Assembly (NCBI GenBank): GCA_002720535.1 | Contig: PBIU01000009.1 | Location: 1-58,883 of the forward strand | DNA from: Candidatus Pelagibacterales bacterium | Lineage (GTDB): Bacteria; Pseudomonadota; Alphaproteobacteria; TMED109 | Direction of reading: 5' to 3' | Length of the DNA: 58,883 bases | Shown here: piece by piece, positions 10,556 to 21,064 of the stretch | Layout: the number at the start of each line of letters is the position of its first letter | How positions within the stretch are numbered: position 1 is the first letter of the stretch | Made by a program: the position numbers and the translations under genes | Notes under the pieces: model-generated | Database searches by the model: none | Told to the model about the DNA's origin: nothing | What the model saw: the letters and a program-made list of their open reading frames with translations, nothing else

Positions 10556-11743
10556 ATGAAAATAATAAAATATGAAATTAAGCATTGTAATGCAGGTTGG
10601 AGAGATTTCTCTTTCTTAAAAATTATAACAGATGAAGGTATTTCAGGTATTTCAGAGTATAATGAATGTTATGGTAGCCCTGGATTAAGTATAATCATTA
10701 GAAGGTTTATGGATAAAATTCTTGATCATGACCCTATTTGTCATGAAAAAATACACCAATTCTTATATGCTTCTTCAAGGCAAGCCCCAGGAGGAATAGC
10801 GCAACAAGCTATTGCAGCTATAGAAAATGCATTACTTGATATTAAAGGAAAATATTTAAATGTTCCTGTACACACATTATTAGGAGGCGCAATCAGAGAT
10901 AAACTACCTCTTTATTGGTCACATTGTGGCACATATAGAATTTCAAAAGAATTATCTAAAATAATGGAAAAACCTCAGGTTAAATCGCTTGAAGATTTAA
11001 AACAATTAGGAAAAGATGTTAAGGATGCAGGGTATAAAGGTCTTAAAACTAATATTTTTACTTTTGCAGAAACACCTATATTGGAAATGCAAGGCTTTGC
11101 TGGTAAACCAGGATGGCCAGAACTGAACGTTGATAAACATATAATTAATGGACTAATAAAACAAATTGACGCTCTAAGATCAGGGGCCGGAGAGAATATG
11201 GGTATACATCTTGATCTTAATTTTAACTTTAAGACTGAAGGCTATTTGCAAATTACTAGGGCTCTTGATGACCTTAAGTTAACTTGGTTTGAAATTGATC
11301 TGTATCATCCAGAAGGCTTACGAAGGATTAGAGATGCAAATAAAACTCCTATTGCCTCATGCGAGTCCTTATTTGGAATTAGAGAGTTTAGACCATTTTT
11401 TGAAAACGCTTCTATGGATGTAGCTATTATAGATATTCCTTGGAATGGTATTTGGTTAGGAATGAAAATTGCAGCTATGGCTGAAGCTTATGAAACTAAT
11501 GTTGCTCCGCATAATTTCTATGGCAACTTATCTACGCTTATGAGTGCCCATTTTTGTGCAGCTGTTCCCAATTTCAGAGTAATGGAAATAGATCCCGATG
11601 ATGTTCCATGGAAAGATGATATTTTATCATGGAAACCTGAAATAATTAATGGAGATTTATTAGTTCCTAATAATCCTGGTTGGGGTGCTGAACTAAATGA
11701 AGAAATATTTAAAATACATCCACCAAAATTTATAAAGGAATAA
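10556..11743 (+). CDS. Enolase-superfamily enzyme (mandelate racemase / sugar-acid dehydratase-like)
   Basis: The track ORF starts at TTG 10448. I prefer ATG 10556, which is preceded by AGGGG. Has the enolase-superfamily N-terminal capping domain and barrel (LDIKGK, HLDLNFNF, ESLFG, APHNFYG). Confidence 0.85.
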   Translation: MKIIKYEIKHCNAGWRDFSFLKIITDEGISGISEYNECYGSPGLSIIIRRFMDKILDHDPICHEKIHQFLYASSRQAPGGIAQQAIAAIENALLDIKGKYLNVPVHTLLGGAIRDKLPLYWSHCGTYRISKELSKIMEKPQVKSLEDLKQLGKDVKDAGYKGLKTNIFTFAETPILEMQGFAGKPGWPELNVDKHIINGLIKQIDALRSGAGENMGIHLDLNFNFKTEGYLQITRALDDLKLTWFEIDLYHPEGLRRIRDANKTPIASCESLFGIREFRPFFENASMDVAIIDIPWNGIWLGMKIAAMAEAYETNVAPHNFYGNLSTLMSAHFCAAVPNFRVMEIDPDDVPWKDDILSWKPEIINGDLLVPNNPGWGAELNEEIFKIHPPKFIKE

Positions 11744-11744
11744 T

Positions 11745-12842
11745 ATGAAAATAACTAAAATAGATGTAATAACTATAGGTCTTCCATTTGAAAACCCTGG
11801 CCCTGAATCATCTTTTGCGATTGCAGATAAAAATTTTTTAAAATCTTTATTAATAAAAATTGAGACAGATAAAGGATTAATAGGTTGGGGAGAAGCATTT
11901 GGTTATACCTCTATAGAGACTACTAAAGCTGCTTTAAAAACTATGATTATTCCTCATTTAATAGGAAAAACTATACAAAATAAAAATGATATTCTAATAA
12001 TTAATAAAGAACTTCATTTAAAAATGCATGTATTCGGGCGTTACGGAATTACAATGTTTGCTATATCAGGTATAGATATTGCTTTATGGGATTTATTAGG
12101 TAAAGCCGAAAATAAATCTATTGCTGATTTATTAGGGGGTCTTAAAGTTAATTCTCTTAAAGCTTATGCAAGTCTATTTTTATATGATAATGCAGAAGCT
12201 ACATCGAAAGTATCTTTAAAAGCAAAAAATGAAGGTTATGAAATAATTAAGCTACATGAAAATAAAATGGACCCAATTAAATCAAGTAGATCCGCTATTG
12301 GAGAAACTGCTCTAATGGTTGATGTAAATTGTGTCTGGCCTGAAGTATATATGGAAGAAATAATCGGTATCTTAAAAGAAGCTAATTTATATTGGTTAGA
12401 AGAACCAATTTGGCCTCCTGAAAATTATAAAGGACTATCTAAATTAAGAAAAAATGGAATTACTATTGCTTCTGGAGAAAATGCTTGTACTTCTTATCAA
12501 TTTGAAGAAATGATTAATAATGAGGCAGCTGATATTTTACAGCCAAGTGTAACTAAAGTAGGTGGCATATCAGAAATTATCAAAATTGCTTTATTAAAAA
12601 AGAATAACTATAGGGTAGTACCTCATTCTCCATATTTTGGACCTGGTTTTATGGCTACTCTTCAAGTTATTGGAGCATTAACTCCAGATAGTGAAATTGA
12701 GAGACTATATGTTGACTTAAAAGCAGACCTTTATGATGGTATTAGTAATATTGATAGTAAAGGAAACATCTCCATTCCTAATGGCCCTGGTCTAGGAATG
12801 GAGCCTAATCTAGAAATAATAGAGAAATATTCTATTAAATAA
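11745..12842 (+). CDS. Mandelate racemase / muconate lactonizing enzyme-family protein
   Basis: 365 aa. GWGEAFG, ALWDLLGK, MVDVN, WLEEP, ASGEN metal-ligand pattern. Only 1 nt separates it from the upstream paralogue. Confidence 0.85.
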   Translation: MKITKIDVITIGLPFENPGPESSFAIADKNFLKSLLIKIETDKGLIGWGEAFGYTSIETTKAALKTMIIPHLIGKTIQNKNDILIINKELHLKMHVFGRYGITMFAISGIDIALWDLLGKAENKSIADLLGGLKVNSLKAYASLFLYDNAEATSKVSLKAKNEGYEIIKLHENKMDPIKSSRSAIGETALMVDVNCVWPEVYMEEIIGILKEANLYWLEEPIWPPENYKGLSKLRKNGITIASGENACTSYQFEEMINNEAADILQPSVTKVGGISEIIKIALLKKNNYRVVPHSPYFGPGFMATLQVIGALTPDSEIERLYVDLKADLYDGISNIDSKGNISIPNGPGLGMEPNLEIIEKYSIK

Positions 12843-12856
12843 TTAATATAGTGTTT

Positions 12857-14416
12857 TTAATTTGAAGAAATTGCTGCACTACAAGGTGATGGAATATATG
12901 CATTACCGTATCGATTTCCCATAGAATCAATCATTACTGCATTTGGGCACGCAAACGAATGGGATAACACGGAGTCTGGTATCTCAATTGTTTTCTCATA
13001 GTTATTTAAATTATCTATAATGTCTTTGCCTAATTTTTCATTAGCTAAAATTCTGTTTTCACCGCTGTAATCTATTCTAGGTGTTGTAAAAGCATCATCT
13101 AAATTCAAGTTATAATCTAATAGAAATGAAATAGTTTGGAAAACAGAAGGAAAAATTCTTCTGCCACCAGAAGCTCCTAAAGCAATTTTTTTTCCAGAGT
13201 TATCAATAACTATTGTAGGACACATGTTACATAATGGTTTTTTATCTTTACTTAAAGAATTAGGTTTACCTTGTCTTGGATCAAACCACATTATACCATT
13301 ATTCATTAATATACCGCTTTCTGGCAAAATCACTCTACTTCCAAAAACAGATAATAGTGTTTGTGTCAAGGCAACCATATTACCATCTTTATCAATTACA
13401 GATAGATGTGTAGTACATGAATTTTCTTTTGGTTCACCCATTTCTTTTAACCTTTTTTCAAAAGAAAAGTTTAAAGCTTTATAATAATTTTCGTATGCAT
13501 CTGCATCAGGCTTATTATTTTTTGGACTCCAATTTTTCTCTATGAAATTTAAAGCATCAATTAAAGATGGGCCTGCATTTAAACTAGGTGCAACATGTAC
13601 TTCCGAGTTACGATATACTGTTTTACTACTTCTCGTTAATTCGCTTTTATAGTCAGACAAGTCATCAGAATTTATAAAAGAATTAATTTCTCTTAAATCT
13701 TTAACTAATATTTTAGATAATTCACCTGTGTAAAATGTTTCTGGTCCTTCATCTCTTAATAAACAATAAGAATTATATAATCCTGAGTTTTTAATACTTT
13801 TAAGGTTGGTAGGGTCTTCACTAACTATAGGTAGACCATCTTCAAAAAAGATATTTTTAGAACTTTTATATTTACTTAGTAATTTAGCCTCAAGATTAAT
13901 TCTCATAGTTGTGTACCAATCAGCCTTTAAACCTCTTTTAGATAAAATACATGCTGGTTCAATGATATCTTTCCATGTCATTGATCCAAATTCTTTAAGA
14001 GCTTTTGAAACACCTCGAATATAACCTGGAACAGCCATAGAGTAAGCTCCATGTATATTTGTATCGTCTTTTACATTAGGCCAACCAAATAAATCATTAT
14101 CTTTTCCCTGATCAGATAAAACAAATTTTGATAAATCTAACTTTTTAGGAGATTTTACTCCAAATTCTATAGCATGAGTTTGATGCGTTTTAGAATCATA
14201 GTAAAGCATATATCCGCATCCACCTAATCCGCTCATCCAAGGTTCAATAACTCCTAAAGCTAAACTCATAGATACAGCAGCATCTATAGCGTTTCCTCCA
14301 CTTTTTAATACATCTATTCCTATTTGTGATGCTTCGTAATGATGGCTGGTTACTATACCACCACCTTTAGAACTAACTGAAGGTTTTGTTATTGACCAAT
14401 TTTCTGTAATTTTCAT
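12857..14416 (-). CDS. ggt: Gamma-glutamyltransferase-family protein (no obvious signal peptide)
   Basis: 519 aa. TTHLSVIDKDGNMVALTQTLLSVFGS contains the autoprocessing Thr and the conserved GGT motif. GASGGRRI is present near the C-terminus. Confidence 0.88.
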   Translation of the reverse strand: MKITENWSITKPSVSSKGGGIVTSHHYEASQIGIDVLKSGGNAIDAAVSMSLALGVIEPWMSGLGGCGYMLYYDSKTHQTHAIEFGVKSPKKLDLSKFVLSDQGKDNDLFGWPNVKDDTNIHGAYSMAVPGYIRGVSKALKEFGSMTWKDIIEPACILSKRGLKADWYTTMRINLEAKLLSKYKSSKNIFFEDGLPIVSEDPTNLKSIKNSGLYNSYCLLRDEGPETFYTGELSKILVKDLREINSFINSDDLSDYKSELTRSSKTVYRNSEVHVAPSLNAGPSLIDALNFIEKNWSPKNNKPDADAYENYYKALNFSFEKRLKEMGEPKENSCTTHLSVIDKDGNMVALTQTLLSVFGSRVILPESGILMNNGIMWFDPRQGKPNSLSKDKKPLCNMCPTIVIDNSGKKIALGASGGRRIFPSVFQTISFLLDYNLNLDDAFTTPRIDYSGENRILANEKLGKDIIDNLNNYEKTIEIPDSVLSHSFACPNAVMIDSMGNRYGNAYIPSPCSAAISSN

Positions 14417-14505
14417 TTAATACCTATATATATAATTTTTATTTTATTTAAAATTTATTCTGTAATAACCTTATATATAAAAATAACTTTTTTGAAGGAA
14501 TAATT

Positions 14506-15276
14506 ATGAAATTGAATTTAAATAATAAAACTGCGCTTATTACAGGAGCTTCCAAAGGAATTGGTAAAGCAATTGCAGAGTCTATGGCAAATGAAGGTTG
14601 TAATTTAATATTAACTGCTAGAAGCTCTGATAAATTAAATGAGTTAAAAGTTAACTTACAAAAGAAGCATAATATATCCATTGAAGTGATAGCTATAGAT
14701 TTGTCTAAAAAAAATGCCGTTGAAAAAGTAAGCGAATTTTGTAATGAAATTGATATTTTAATAAATAATGCTGGAGCAATACCTCCTGGCAATATTTCCG
14801 ACATAAATGAAGACACATGGAGAAACGCTTGGGACTTAAAAGTATTTGGATATATTAACCTTACTAGACTAATCTATAATAAAATGAAAGATGCAAAAAA
14901 AGGAGTTATTTTAAATATAATTGGCTCAGCTGGACAAAAACCAATGTATAATTATATAGCTGGAACTACAGCAAATGCTGGATTAATGGCATTTACTAAA
15001 GCTCTATCTAATGGTAGTACCGCCAATGGAATAAGGGTATTAGGTATTAATCCAGGATTTACTACTTCAGATAGATTGATAACTATGATGAAAGGAAAAG
15101 CAAAAGAGCAATTTAATGATGAAAGTAGATGGGAAGAGTTATTTAAAGACTTGCCTTTTCAAAGAGCTGCAAAGGCAGAAGAAGTAGCTGATTTAACTAC
15201 ATTTTTAGTATCTCCTAGATGTGATTATATATCAGGTACAATAATTGCAATTGATGCAGGACATGCAAACCATTAA
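14506..15276 (+). CDS. Short-chain dehydrogenase/reductase (SDR)
   Basis: 256 aa. TGASKGIGKAIA Rossmann motif and NNAG. Its stop overlaps the next gene's ATG (TAATG). Confidence 0.85.
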   Translation: MKLNLNNKTALITGASKGIGKAIAESMANEGCNLILTARSSDKLNELKVNLQKKHNISIEVIAIDLSKKNAVEKVSEFCNEIDILINNAGAIPPGNISDINEDTWRNAWDLKVFGYINLTRLIYNKMKDAKKGVILNIIGSAGQKPMYNYIAGTTANAGLMAFTKALSNGSTANGIRVLGINPGFTTSDRLITMMKGKAKEQFNDESRWEELFKDLPFQRAAKAEEVADLTTFLVSPRCDYISGTIIAIDAGHANH

Positions 15277-16322
15277 TGAACTCAAAATATTGGAAAAATT
15301 TATCGATCTGGATGAATTCTAAAGGCTTAAATTTAGAATTAAATCCCATTCCTAATAAATTTAAAAATGGTATGGGAAATTTAAACTATAAAATTACTAT
15401 TGATAATCAGCCTTTTGTTCTAAGAAGACCTCCTCTAGGTCCCATTCCCCCTGGAGCAAATGATATGAAAAGAGAGCATAATGTCATGCATGCTCTAAGT
15501 AAGAAATTTTCTCTTGTACCAAATTCAATATTATTATGTGAAGATGATAGTATATTTGGAGCGCCATTTCATATTATGGATTTTAAAGAAGGCATTACAA
15601 TAAATGGTGATCAACTTCCAGATAATTTCAAATCTGCAAAAAATGCAAATTATTTAAGTAAGATGCTTATTGAAGTCCTAGTTAAACTGCACAATATCAA
15701 TCCGTCAGATGTAGGTTTAGAAAACTTTGGTAAACCGGAAGGATTTTTAGAAAGACAATTAAAAGGATGGTATAAAAGAGGTGCAATAGCTCATTATAAA
15801 AACTCATCAAAAGCTATGGAAGAGCTCTATAAACTTCTATATTCATCATCAATACCTAAAGAAGAAGAATTTGTTATATTACATAATGACTTTAAGCTGG
15901 ACAATATAATACTAAAGTTTTCATCAGATCAAAATATATTAGAACCTGAAGCAATTATTGATTGGGATCAAGCTACAAGAGGACATCCTTTATTTGATCT
16001 CGCAACTTTATTATCCTATTGGACCCTTTCTGAAGATACTTTTAATATGCAGCTTATAAAACAAATGCCCTCTGCATCGTCAGGTTTTATGTCAAGAACT
16101 GAAGCACTTAACCTCTATCAAAAATTATCAGGAAGAAATATAAAAGATTTTAAGTGGATATATGCTTTATCTCTGCTAAAACTTGGAGTAGTTTTTCAGC
16201 AATTATATGCACAATTTCTAAGAGGGACGATAAAAGAAGATAAATATAAAACCTTTAATATTATTGCAGAAGCTGCTTATGAGAGAGGAATAAATGCCTT
16301 AAATAAAAATATTTATATTTGA
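15276..16322 (+). CDS. APH-family phosphotransferase (aminoglycoside-phosphotransferase-fold kinase)
   Basis: 348 aa. HNDFKLDNI catalytic loop and IDWD metal-binding motif. Tightly coupled to the downstream acyl-CoA dehydrogenase. Confidence 0.8.
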   Translation: MNSKYWKNLSIWMNSKGLNLELNPIPNKFKNGMGNLNYKITIDNQPFVLRRPPLGPIPPGANDMKREHNVMHALSKKFSLVPNSILLCEDDSIFGAPFHIMDFKEGITINGDQLPDNFKSAKNANYLSKMLIEVLVKLHNINPSDVGLENFGKPEGFLERQLKGWYKRGAIAHYKNSSKAMEELYKLLYSSSIPKEEEFVILHNDFKLDNIILKFSSDQNILEPEAIIDWDQATRGHPLFDLATLLSYWTLSEDTFNMQLIKQMPSASSGFMSRTEALNLYQKLSGRNIKDFKWIYALSLLKLGVVFQQLYAQFLRGTIKEDKYKTFNIIAEAAYERGINALNKNIYI

Positions 16323-16333
16323 AAGAGATAAAA

Positions 16334-17533
16334 ATGATTGATTTTACAATTCCAGAAGAAATAGAAAAACTAAAAGAAAAAACTCAAAAATTTATATTAG
16401 AAAATGTAATTCCTAGAGAAAAGGATCCACGACAAGATTCTCATGGGCCTCATGATACTCTTAGAAAAGAACTTAATAAAGAAGCTAAAGCATTAGGCCT
16501 TTTATCTCCAAGTGTTGGTAAAGAATGGGGAGGACTAGGTTTAAATATGCGAGATATGTCAGTAATCTTTGAAGCATCAGGTTATTCTTTACTGGGACCG
16601 CAGGCTATGAATTGTTCCGCACCGGATGAAGGCAATATGCATATGTTGGAGGTAGTTGCTAATAATGAACAAAAAGAAAAATGGTTAAGGCCACTTGCAA
16701 AAGCAGAAATACGCTCATGTTTTTCAATGACTGAACCCTCTCCTGGAGCAGGTTCAGACCCTACCATGCTTCAAACAACAGCAAAAAAAACTAGTAAAGG
16801 CTGGTTAATAAATGGAGAGAAGTGGTTCATAACTGGTTTTAATGGGGCTAAATTAAATATTATTATGGCAAAAACTTCAGATAAGATAGAAAAAGGCTTT
16901 GGCGCTACGATGTTTCTAGTTGATAACGATGATCCTGGTATAATTAAAATTAGAACTCAAAATTCAATGGAATCATCTTTTCCTGGTGGTCATTGTCAAA
17001 TTAAATTTAAAGACTTATTAGTATCAGATGATCAAGTTTTAGGAGAAGTAGGACAGGGTTATAAATATGCTCAAGTTAGATTAGCTCCAGCAAGATTAAC
17101 TCACTGTATGAGATGGTTAGGCGCTGCTCAAAGAGCTCACGATATTGCAACTTCGTATGCTTCAAAACGTCATGCATTTGGTAAAGCTATAGGAGATCAT
17201 GGAGGTCTAGCTTTTCAACTTACTGATAATGAAATAGATATTCAAATGAGCCGATTATTTATATGGAATACAGCTTGGTTACTAGATCAAGGAGAACAAG
17301 CAAGAAATGAATCAAGTATGTCAAAAATATTTTGTTCTGAGGCAGCTTTTAGAATAGTTGATAGAGCTATGCAAACATTAGGAGGAATGGGTATAACTGA
17401 TGATACTTTAGTTGAGAGATTATTTAGAGAAATACGCCCATTTAGAATCTATGATGGTCCCTCAGAAGTACATAGGTGGGCAATTGCAAAAAGATTAATG
17501 AAGTCCGCTGCTGGAAAAAATATTCCGATGTAA
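16334..17533 (+). CDS. Acyl-CoA dehydrogenase-family protein
   Basis: The track ORF starts at TTG 16319; ATG 16334 (MIDFTIPEE) is more likely. Motifs SMTEPSPGAGSDP, GWLINGEKWFITG, RIYDGPSEVHR. Confidence 0.9.
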   Translation: MIDFTIPEEIEKLKEKTQKFILENVIPREKDPRQDSHGPHDTLRKELNKEAKALGLLSPSVGKEWGGLGLNMRDMSVIFEASGYSLLGPQAMNCSAPDEGNMHMLEVVANNEQKEKWLRPLAKAEIRSCFSMTEPSPGAGSDPTMLQTTAKKTSKGWLINGEKWFITGFNGAKLNIIMAKTSDKIEKGFGATMFLVDNDDPGIIKIRTQNSMESSFPGGHCQIKFKDLLVSDDQVLGEVGQGYKYAQVRLAPARLTHCMRWLGAAQRAHDIATSYASKRHAFGKAIGDHGGLAFQLTDNEIDIQMSRLFIWNTAWLLDQGEQARNESSMSKIFCSEAAFRIVDRAMQTLGGMGITDDTLVERLFREIRPFRIYDGPSEVHRWAIAKRLMKSAAGKNIPM

Positions 17534-18151
17534 CTATAGAGTTTGTTTAGATCTATGGAACTCTATATATTTAGCAGTATCGGATGAAACCTCCTCACCG
17601 TAAAGATTTTCAACTATCATAAATGCCATATCTATTCCTGAAGAAACCCCAGCAGATGTGATAATTTCATCATTAACTACCCTTCTGTCACTAATGACAC
17701 AAATATTCTTACTAATAGATTTAAGAGCCTTTATTGCCCCCCAATGCGTAGTTGCCCTTTTACCTTCTAGCAAGCCTGCTTTTGCCAATAAAAGTGAGCC
17801 AGTGCAAACTGAAGCAGTAATATTGGCTTTATCCGAAACAGATTTTATCCATTTTAATAAGCTTTCATTATTTAATAATGTTCTTGTTCCGTAACCACCT
17901 GGTACAATTAAAATATCTATTTTAGGAAAATTATTAAATGTATAATCAGCAATAATTTTTAAGCCACCAGTAGCAGTCAAATGCTCTGTATCCATAGATA
18001 CTGTAAAAGGATTAAAAGGTGCACTATCGTCACTTCTTCTAGATTCTGCTCCTTTTAATAATCTTGTTCGAGAGAAAACTTCAAATGGACCTGCAAAATC
18101 AAGCACTTCGACTTCATCAAATATTAAAATACCAACATTAATTTTTTTCAT
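17534..18151 (-). CDS. DJ-1/PfpI-family protein (class-I glutamine-amidotransferase-like)
   Basis: 205 aa. Nucleophile-elbow ASVCTGSLLLAKAGLLEGKRATTHW. Confidence 0.85.
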   Translation of the reverse strand: MKKINVGILIFDEVEVLDFAGPFEVFSRTRLLKGAESRRSDDSAPFNPFTVSMDTEHLTATGGLKIIADYTFNNFPKIDILIVPGGYGTRTLLNNESLLKWIKSVSDKANITASVCTGSLLLAKAGLLEGKRATTHWGAIKALKSISKNICVISDRRVVNDEIITSAGVSSGIDMAFMIVENLYGEEVSSDTAKYIEFHRSKQTL

Positions 18152-18212
18152 TTTAAACCATCATCACATTTCATTCGAATAATATATATATTTATATTTA
18201 ATTGGATAACTT

Positions 18213-18962
18213 ATGAATACTAATATTATAGCTAATAACGATAATAATTTCTCTAAAAATATTTTAATATTAGGAGGTGCTGACGGTATAGGATTTGCTA
18301 TTAGTAAAGTATATGAAAAACTTAATTATAATATATACGTAACTTCTAGGAATAAGCATAAAGATTCAAATAATATTAAGTATTTTATTTTGGAAGCAAC
18401 AAAGGAAAATAGTTGGTTAGACTTAAAAGAAAAATTTAATAAAGATAATATAGTATTTGATATCATTTTAAATACAATTGGCATACTGCATGATGAGGTG
18501 AATAATATTTATCCTGAAAAATCAATTAAGAATATGGATATAAATTTCTTTATGAAAAACATGGAAATAAATAGCTTAGTATCAGCTTTATGCATAAAAC
18601 ATATGATTGAATTTATTTCTAAAAATAATAGGACTGTTATAGCAAGCTTGACTGCCAGACTAGGCAGTATTTCAGATAATAATATTGGGGGTTGGTTATC
18701 ATATAGAGCGTCTAAAGCAGCTCAACATATGATTATTAAAACTGCTAGTATTGAGCTTTCTAGAAACTATAACAATCTAATAATAATAGGTTTACATCCA
18801 GGAACTGTATCTACAAAACTGTCAAAACCATATATAAAGTCTGCAAAAAATGTGTTTGAACCAAAATATAGTGCTAGAAAATTGGTCTCTGTTATAGAGA
18901 AATTAGATTACACTTCTACAGGAAAAGTTTTCGATTATTCAGGAAAAATTATTCCTTACTAA
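18213..18962 (+). CDS. Short-chain dehydrogenase/reductase (C-factor-like)
   Basis: 249 aa. GGADGIGFAI, NTIG, YRASKAA catalytic YxxxK. Confidence 0.75.
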   Translation: MNTNIIANNDNNFSKNILILGGADGIGFAISKVYEKLNYNIYVTSRNKHKDSNNIKYFILEATKENSWLDLKEKFNKDNIVFDIILNTIGILHDEVNNIYPEKSIKNMDINFFMKNMEINSLVSALCIKHMIEFISKNNRTVIASLTARLGSISDNNIGGWLSYRASKAAQHMIIKTASIELSRNYNNLIIIGLHPGTVSTKLSKPYIKSAKNVFEPKYSARKLVSVIEKLDYTSTGKVFDYSGKIIPY

Positions 18963-19104
18963 ATTAAAAAAGCTCCAGCAAAAAATGCTGCAATGCATAA
19001 AAATATGTAACCACCAATATAAAAAATATCTTTTGAATTATTCATAAACTTACCTTTCTTTTTTTATAAGATTTACGAAAAATAATATTTTATAGATCAC
19101 TATT

Positions 19105-19827
19105 TTACCATTCTTCTATATCTGGTCTTACTTCTACATCAAAAGACCAAGCAGACCTTTCTTGTTGCGCTATATGATAAATTTCATCAGCTATATCTTC
19201 AGGTTGAGCAAAGATTATATCAGGTTGATTTATTTGCTTCTCAATTCTCGTTCTAGTCCAAGGAGTATTTATCGAGGCATCTACCATTAAATACGCTACA
19301 TGAATTCCTTTAGGGCCAAAATCCCTAGCTAAAGATTGAGCTAAAATTCTTTGTGCAGCTTTTGTTGGAGCAAAATATGGTGTATTTGCAATTCCCCTTT
19401 TTGCAGCAGTGTTACCAGTAACTATAATTACACCTTTCTTAGATTTTATCATATCAGGTATTAATGCATGAGCTAAATACATCAAAGATGTAGTATTTAT
19501 TCTAAAGTTTTGCTCTAACCATTCAGGTTTTCCATCTAACAATGTTTCAAAATTGCCTTTTACGGCATTATGAATAAGTACTTCTGGAGCTCCCATTTCA
19601 TCTTTAATTTTGGAACAAATTTCTACCAGATGTTCTATGTTAGAAACATCACAAACATAGCTTTTTGAACCTTCCAATTCTCTTTCAAACCTATCTAATC
19701 TCTCTTCAGATCTCGCTAACATAGCAATTCTATAACCCTCTTTAGCAAATTTTTTTGCAGTATACCCCCCTGTTCCTTCACCTAAGCCTGTTATCATGCA
19801 TATGGGTCTAGTATCACTCATATCCAT
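19105..19827 (-). CDS. Short-chain dehydrogenase/reductase
   Basis: 240 aa. ITGLGEGTGGY Rossmann-like motif, HNAV, YFAPTKAA (YxxxK). Confidence 0.8.
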   Translation of the reverse strand: MDMSDTRPICMITGLGEGTGGYTAKKFAKEGYRIAMLARSEERLDRFERELEGSKSYVCDVSNIEHLVEICSKIKDEMGAPEVLIHNAVKGNFETLLDGKPEWLEQNFRINTTSLMYLAHALIPDMIKSKKGVIIVTGNTAAKRGIANTPYFAPTKAAQRILAQSLARDFGPKGIHVAYLMVDASINTPWTRTRIEKQINQPDIIFAQPEDIADEIYHIAQQERSAWSFDVEVRPDIEEW

Positions 19828-19914
19828 CTCCCTAAAAAATTAATTACAAATATTAAAAAACAATTATAATAAAAGAAAAATATATAATCAACGAATATCA
19901 TATTGGGTTACTTA

Positions 19915-21057
19915 ATGAAAAGTACAATAAATATTAAAGATAGGCTGCATAATTTAGTTATAAATCGTGAAACAGACTATGCTAACGATATATATAGAAA
20001 CCCTGTAAAAGAATATATAGATTCCGAAAGAAATCTTTTAGAAAAAAAAATATTATTCAAAAACAATCCGGTTTGCATTGGTATTGCATCAGATATTCCT
20101 AATAAAGGAGACTGGTTTACATTAGATTTAATAGACACTCCTCTATTGATAGTTAGAAAGAATTCTACTGATATTGCTGCATATATAAATATATGTACCC
20201 ACAGGGGTGCTAAGGTAGCAAAAGAAGATAGTGGTAAAAAAGCTTTTTCTTTTAAGTGTCCTTATCATTCTTGGGTATATAGCCTAGAAGGAAAACTTAT
20301 ATCAAGACCAAGAGAAAATGCGTTTGATAAAATTGATAAAAATGAATGTTCTTTAAAGCAAATTAATATTTATAATCATAATGGATTTTTATGGCTTAAT
20401 ATGAATAAAAAAAGCGAGATTAAATATAAAAAAAATGTAAAAGATTTAAATTTATTATTAAAAGATTATAATTTAAACAACTATCATTTTTATAAAAAAA
20501 AAATAATTAATATTAATATGAATTGGAAATTAGCTGCTGATACATTTTTAGAGCTTTATCATATTAATAGTTTACATGATGAAACACTAAGTCCTATAAT
20601 AATGAGTGATATTGCTTTATTTGACTCTTTTGGGTCAAATATTAGAATTATTGGACCAAGAAAGTCAGTTTTAAAATCAAAAAATAAACTTCAAACAAAC
20701 AAAGAGTTTAAAACTCATACTATACAAGTCATTACATTATTCCCCAATACCGTTTTAGTTACACACCATGAACACGTAGAAGTATGGCATATTTTACCAG
20801 GAGAAAAGGAAAATGAATCTAAAGTATCTTTCTCTTTGTATAGTAAAGAAAAAGCAATAACAAAAAGTGCAAAACAACACTGGGATAATAATTTTAATTT
20901 AGCTATAGATGTTGTTCAAGCAGAAGATTTCCCTCTTGGAGAAGATGTTCAAAAAGGGTTTTATGCAGACCCGAAAAGAAAATTAATTTTTGGTAAAAAT
21001 GAACCTGGCCTTCAGCATTTTCATAAATCAATTAATCAAGCTCTGAAGGAAGGGTAA
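19915..21057 (+). CDS. Rieske [2Fe-2S] non-haem-iron oxygenase, alpha subunit-like
   Basis: Rieske motif CTHRGAKV...CPYHSWVY. Catalytic-domain residues ELYHINSLH. The track ORF starts at TTG 19903; ATG 19915 is preferred. Confidence 0.85.
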   Translation: MKSTINIKDRLHNLVINRETDYANDIYRNPVKEYIDSERNLLEKKILFKNNPVCIGIASDIPNKGDWFTLDLIDTPLLIVRKNSTDIAAYINICTHRGAKVAKEDSGKKAFSFKCPYHSWVYSLEGKLISRPRENAFDKIDKNECSLKQINIYNHNGFLWLNMNKKSEIKYKKNVKDLNLLLKDYNLNNYHFYKKKIININMNWKLAADTFLELYHINSLHDETLSPIIMSDIALFDSFGSNIRIIGPRKSVLKSKNKLQTNKEFKTHTIQVITLFPNTVLVTHHEHVEVWHILPGEKENESKVSFSLYSKEKAITKSAKQHWDNNFNLAIDVVQAEDFPLGEDVQKGFYADPKRKLIFGKNEPGLQHFHKSINQALKEG

Positions 21058-21064
21058 TTATATA

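Noticed and set aside
14448-14816. 122-aa minus-strand ORF from the track.
   Set aside because: It lies almost entirely antisense to the well-supported SDR gene (TGASKGIGKAIA motif on the + strand). Its composition is low-complexity and it has no SD. It is a shadow ORF.
18959-19045. 28-aa hydrophobic minus-strand ORF (MNNSKDIFYIGGYIFLCIAAFFAGAFLI) in the spacer between two SDR genes.
   Set aside because: It has a plausible weak SD (AAAGG), but the length is far below what can be supported without conservation or expression data.
20042-20050. A9 homopolymer inside the Rieske oxygenase gene, considered as a possible frameshift site.
   Set aside because: The reading frame continues uninterrupted (LEKKILF) with conserved motifs on both sides. 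It serves only as a control showing that A9 runs are tolerated in frame.
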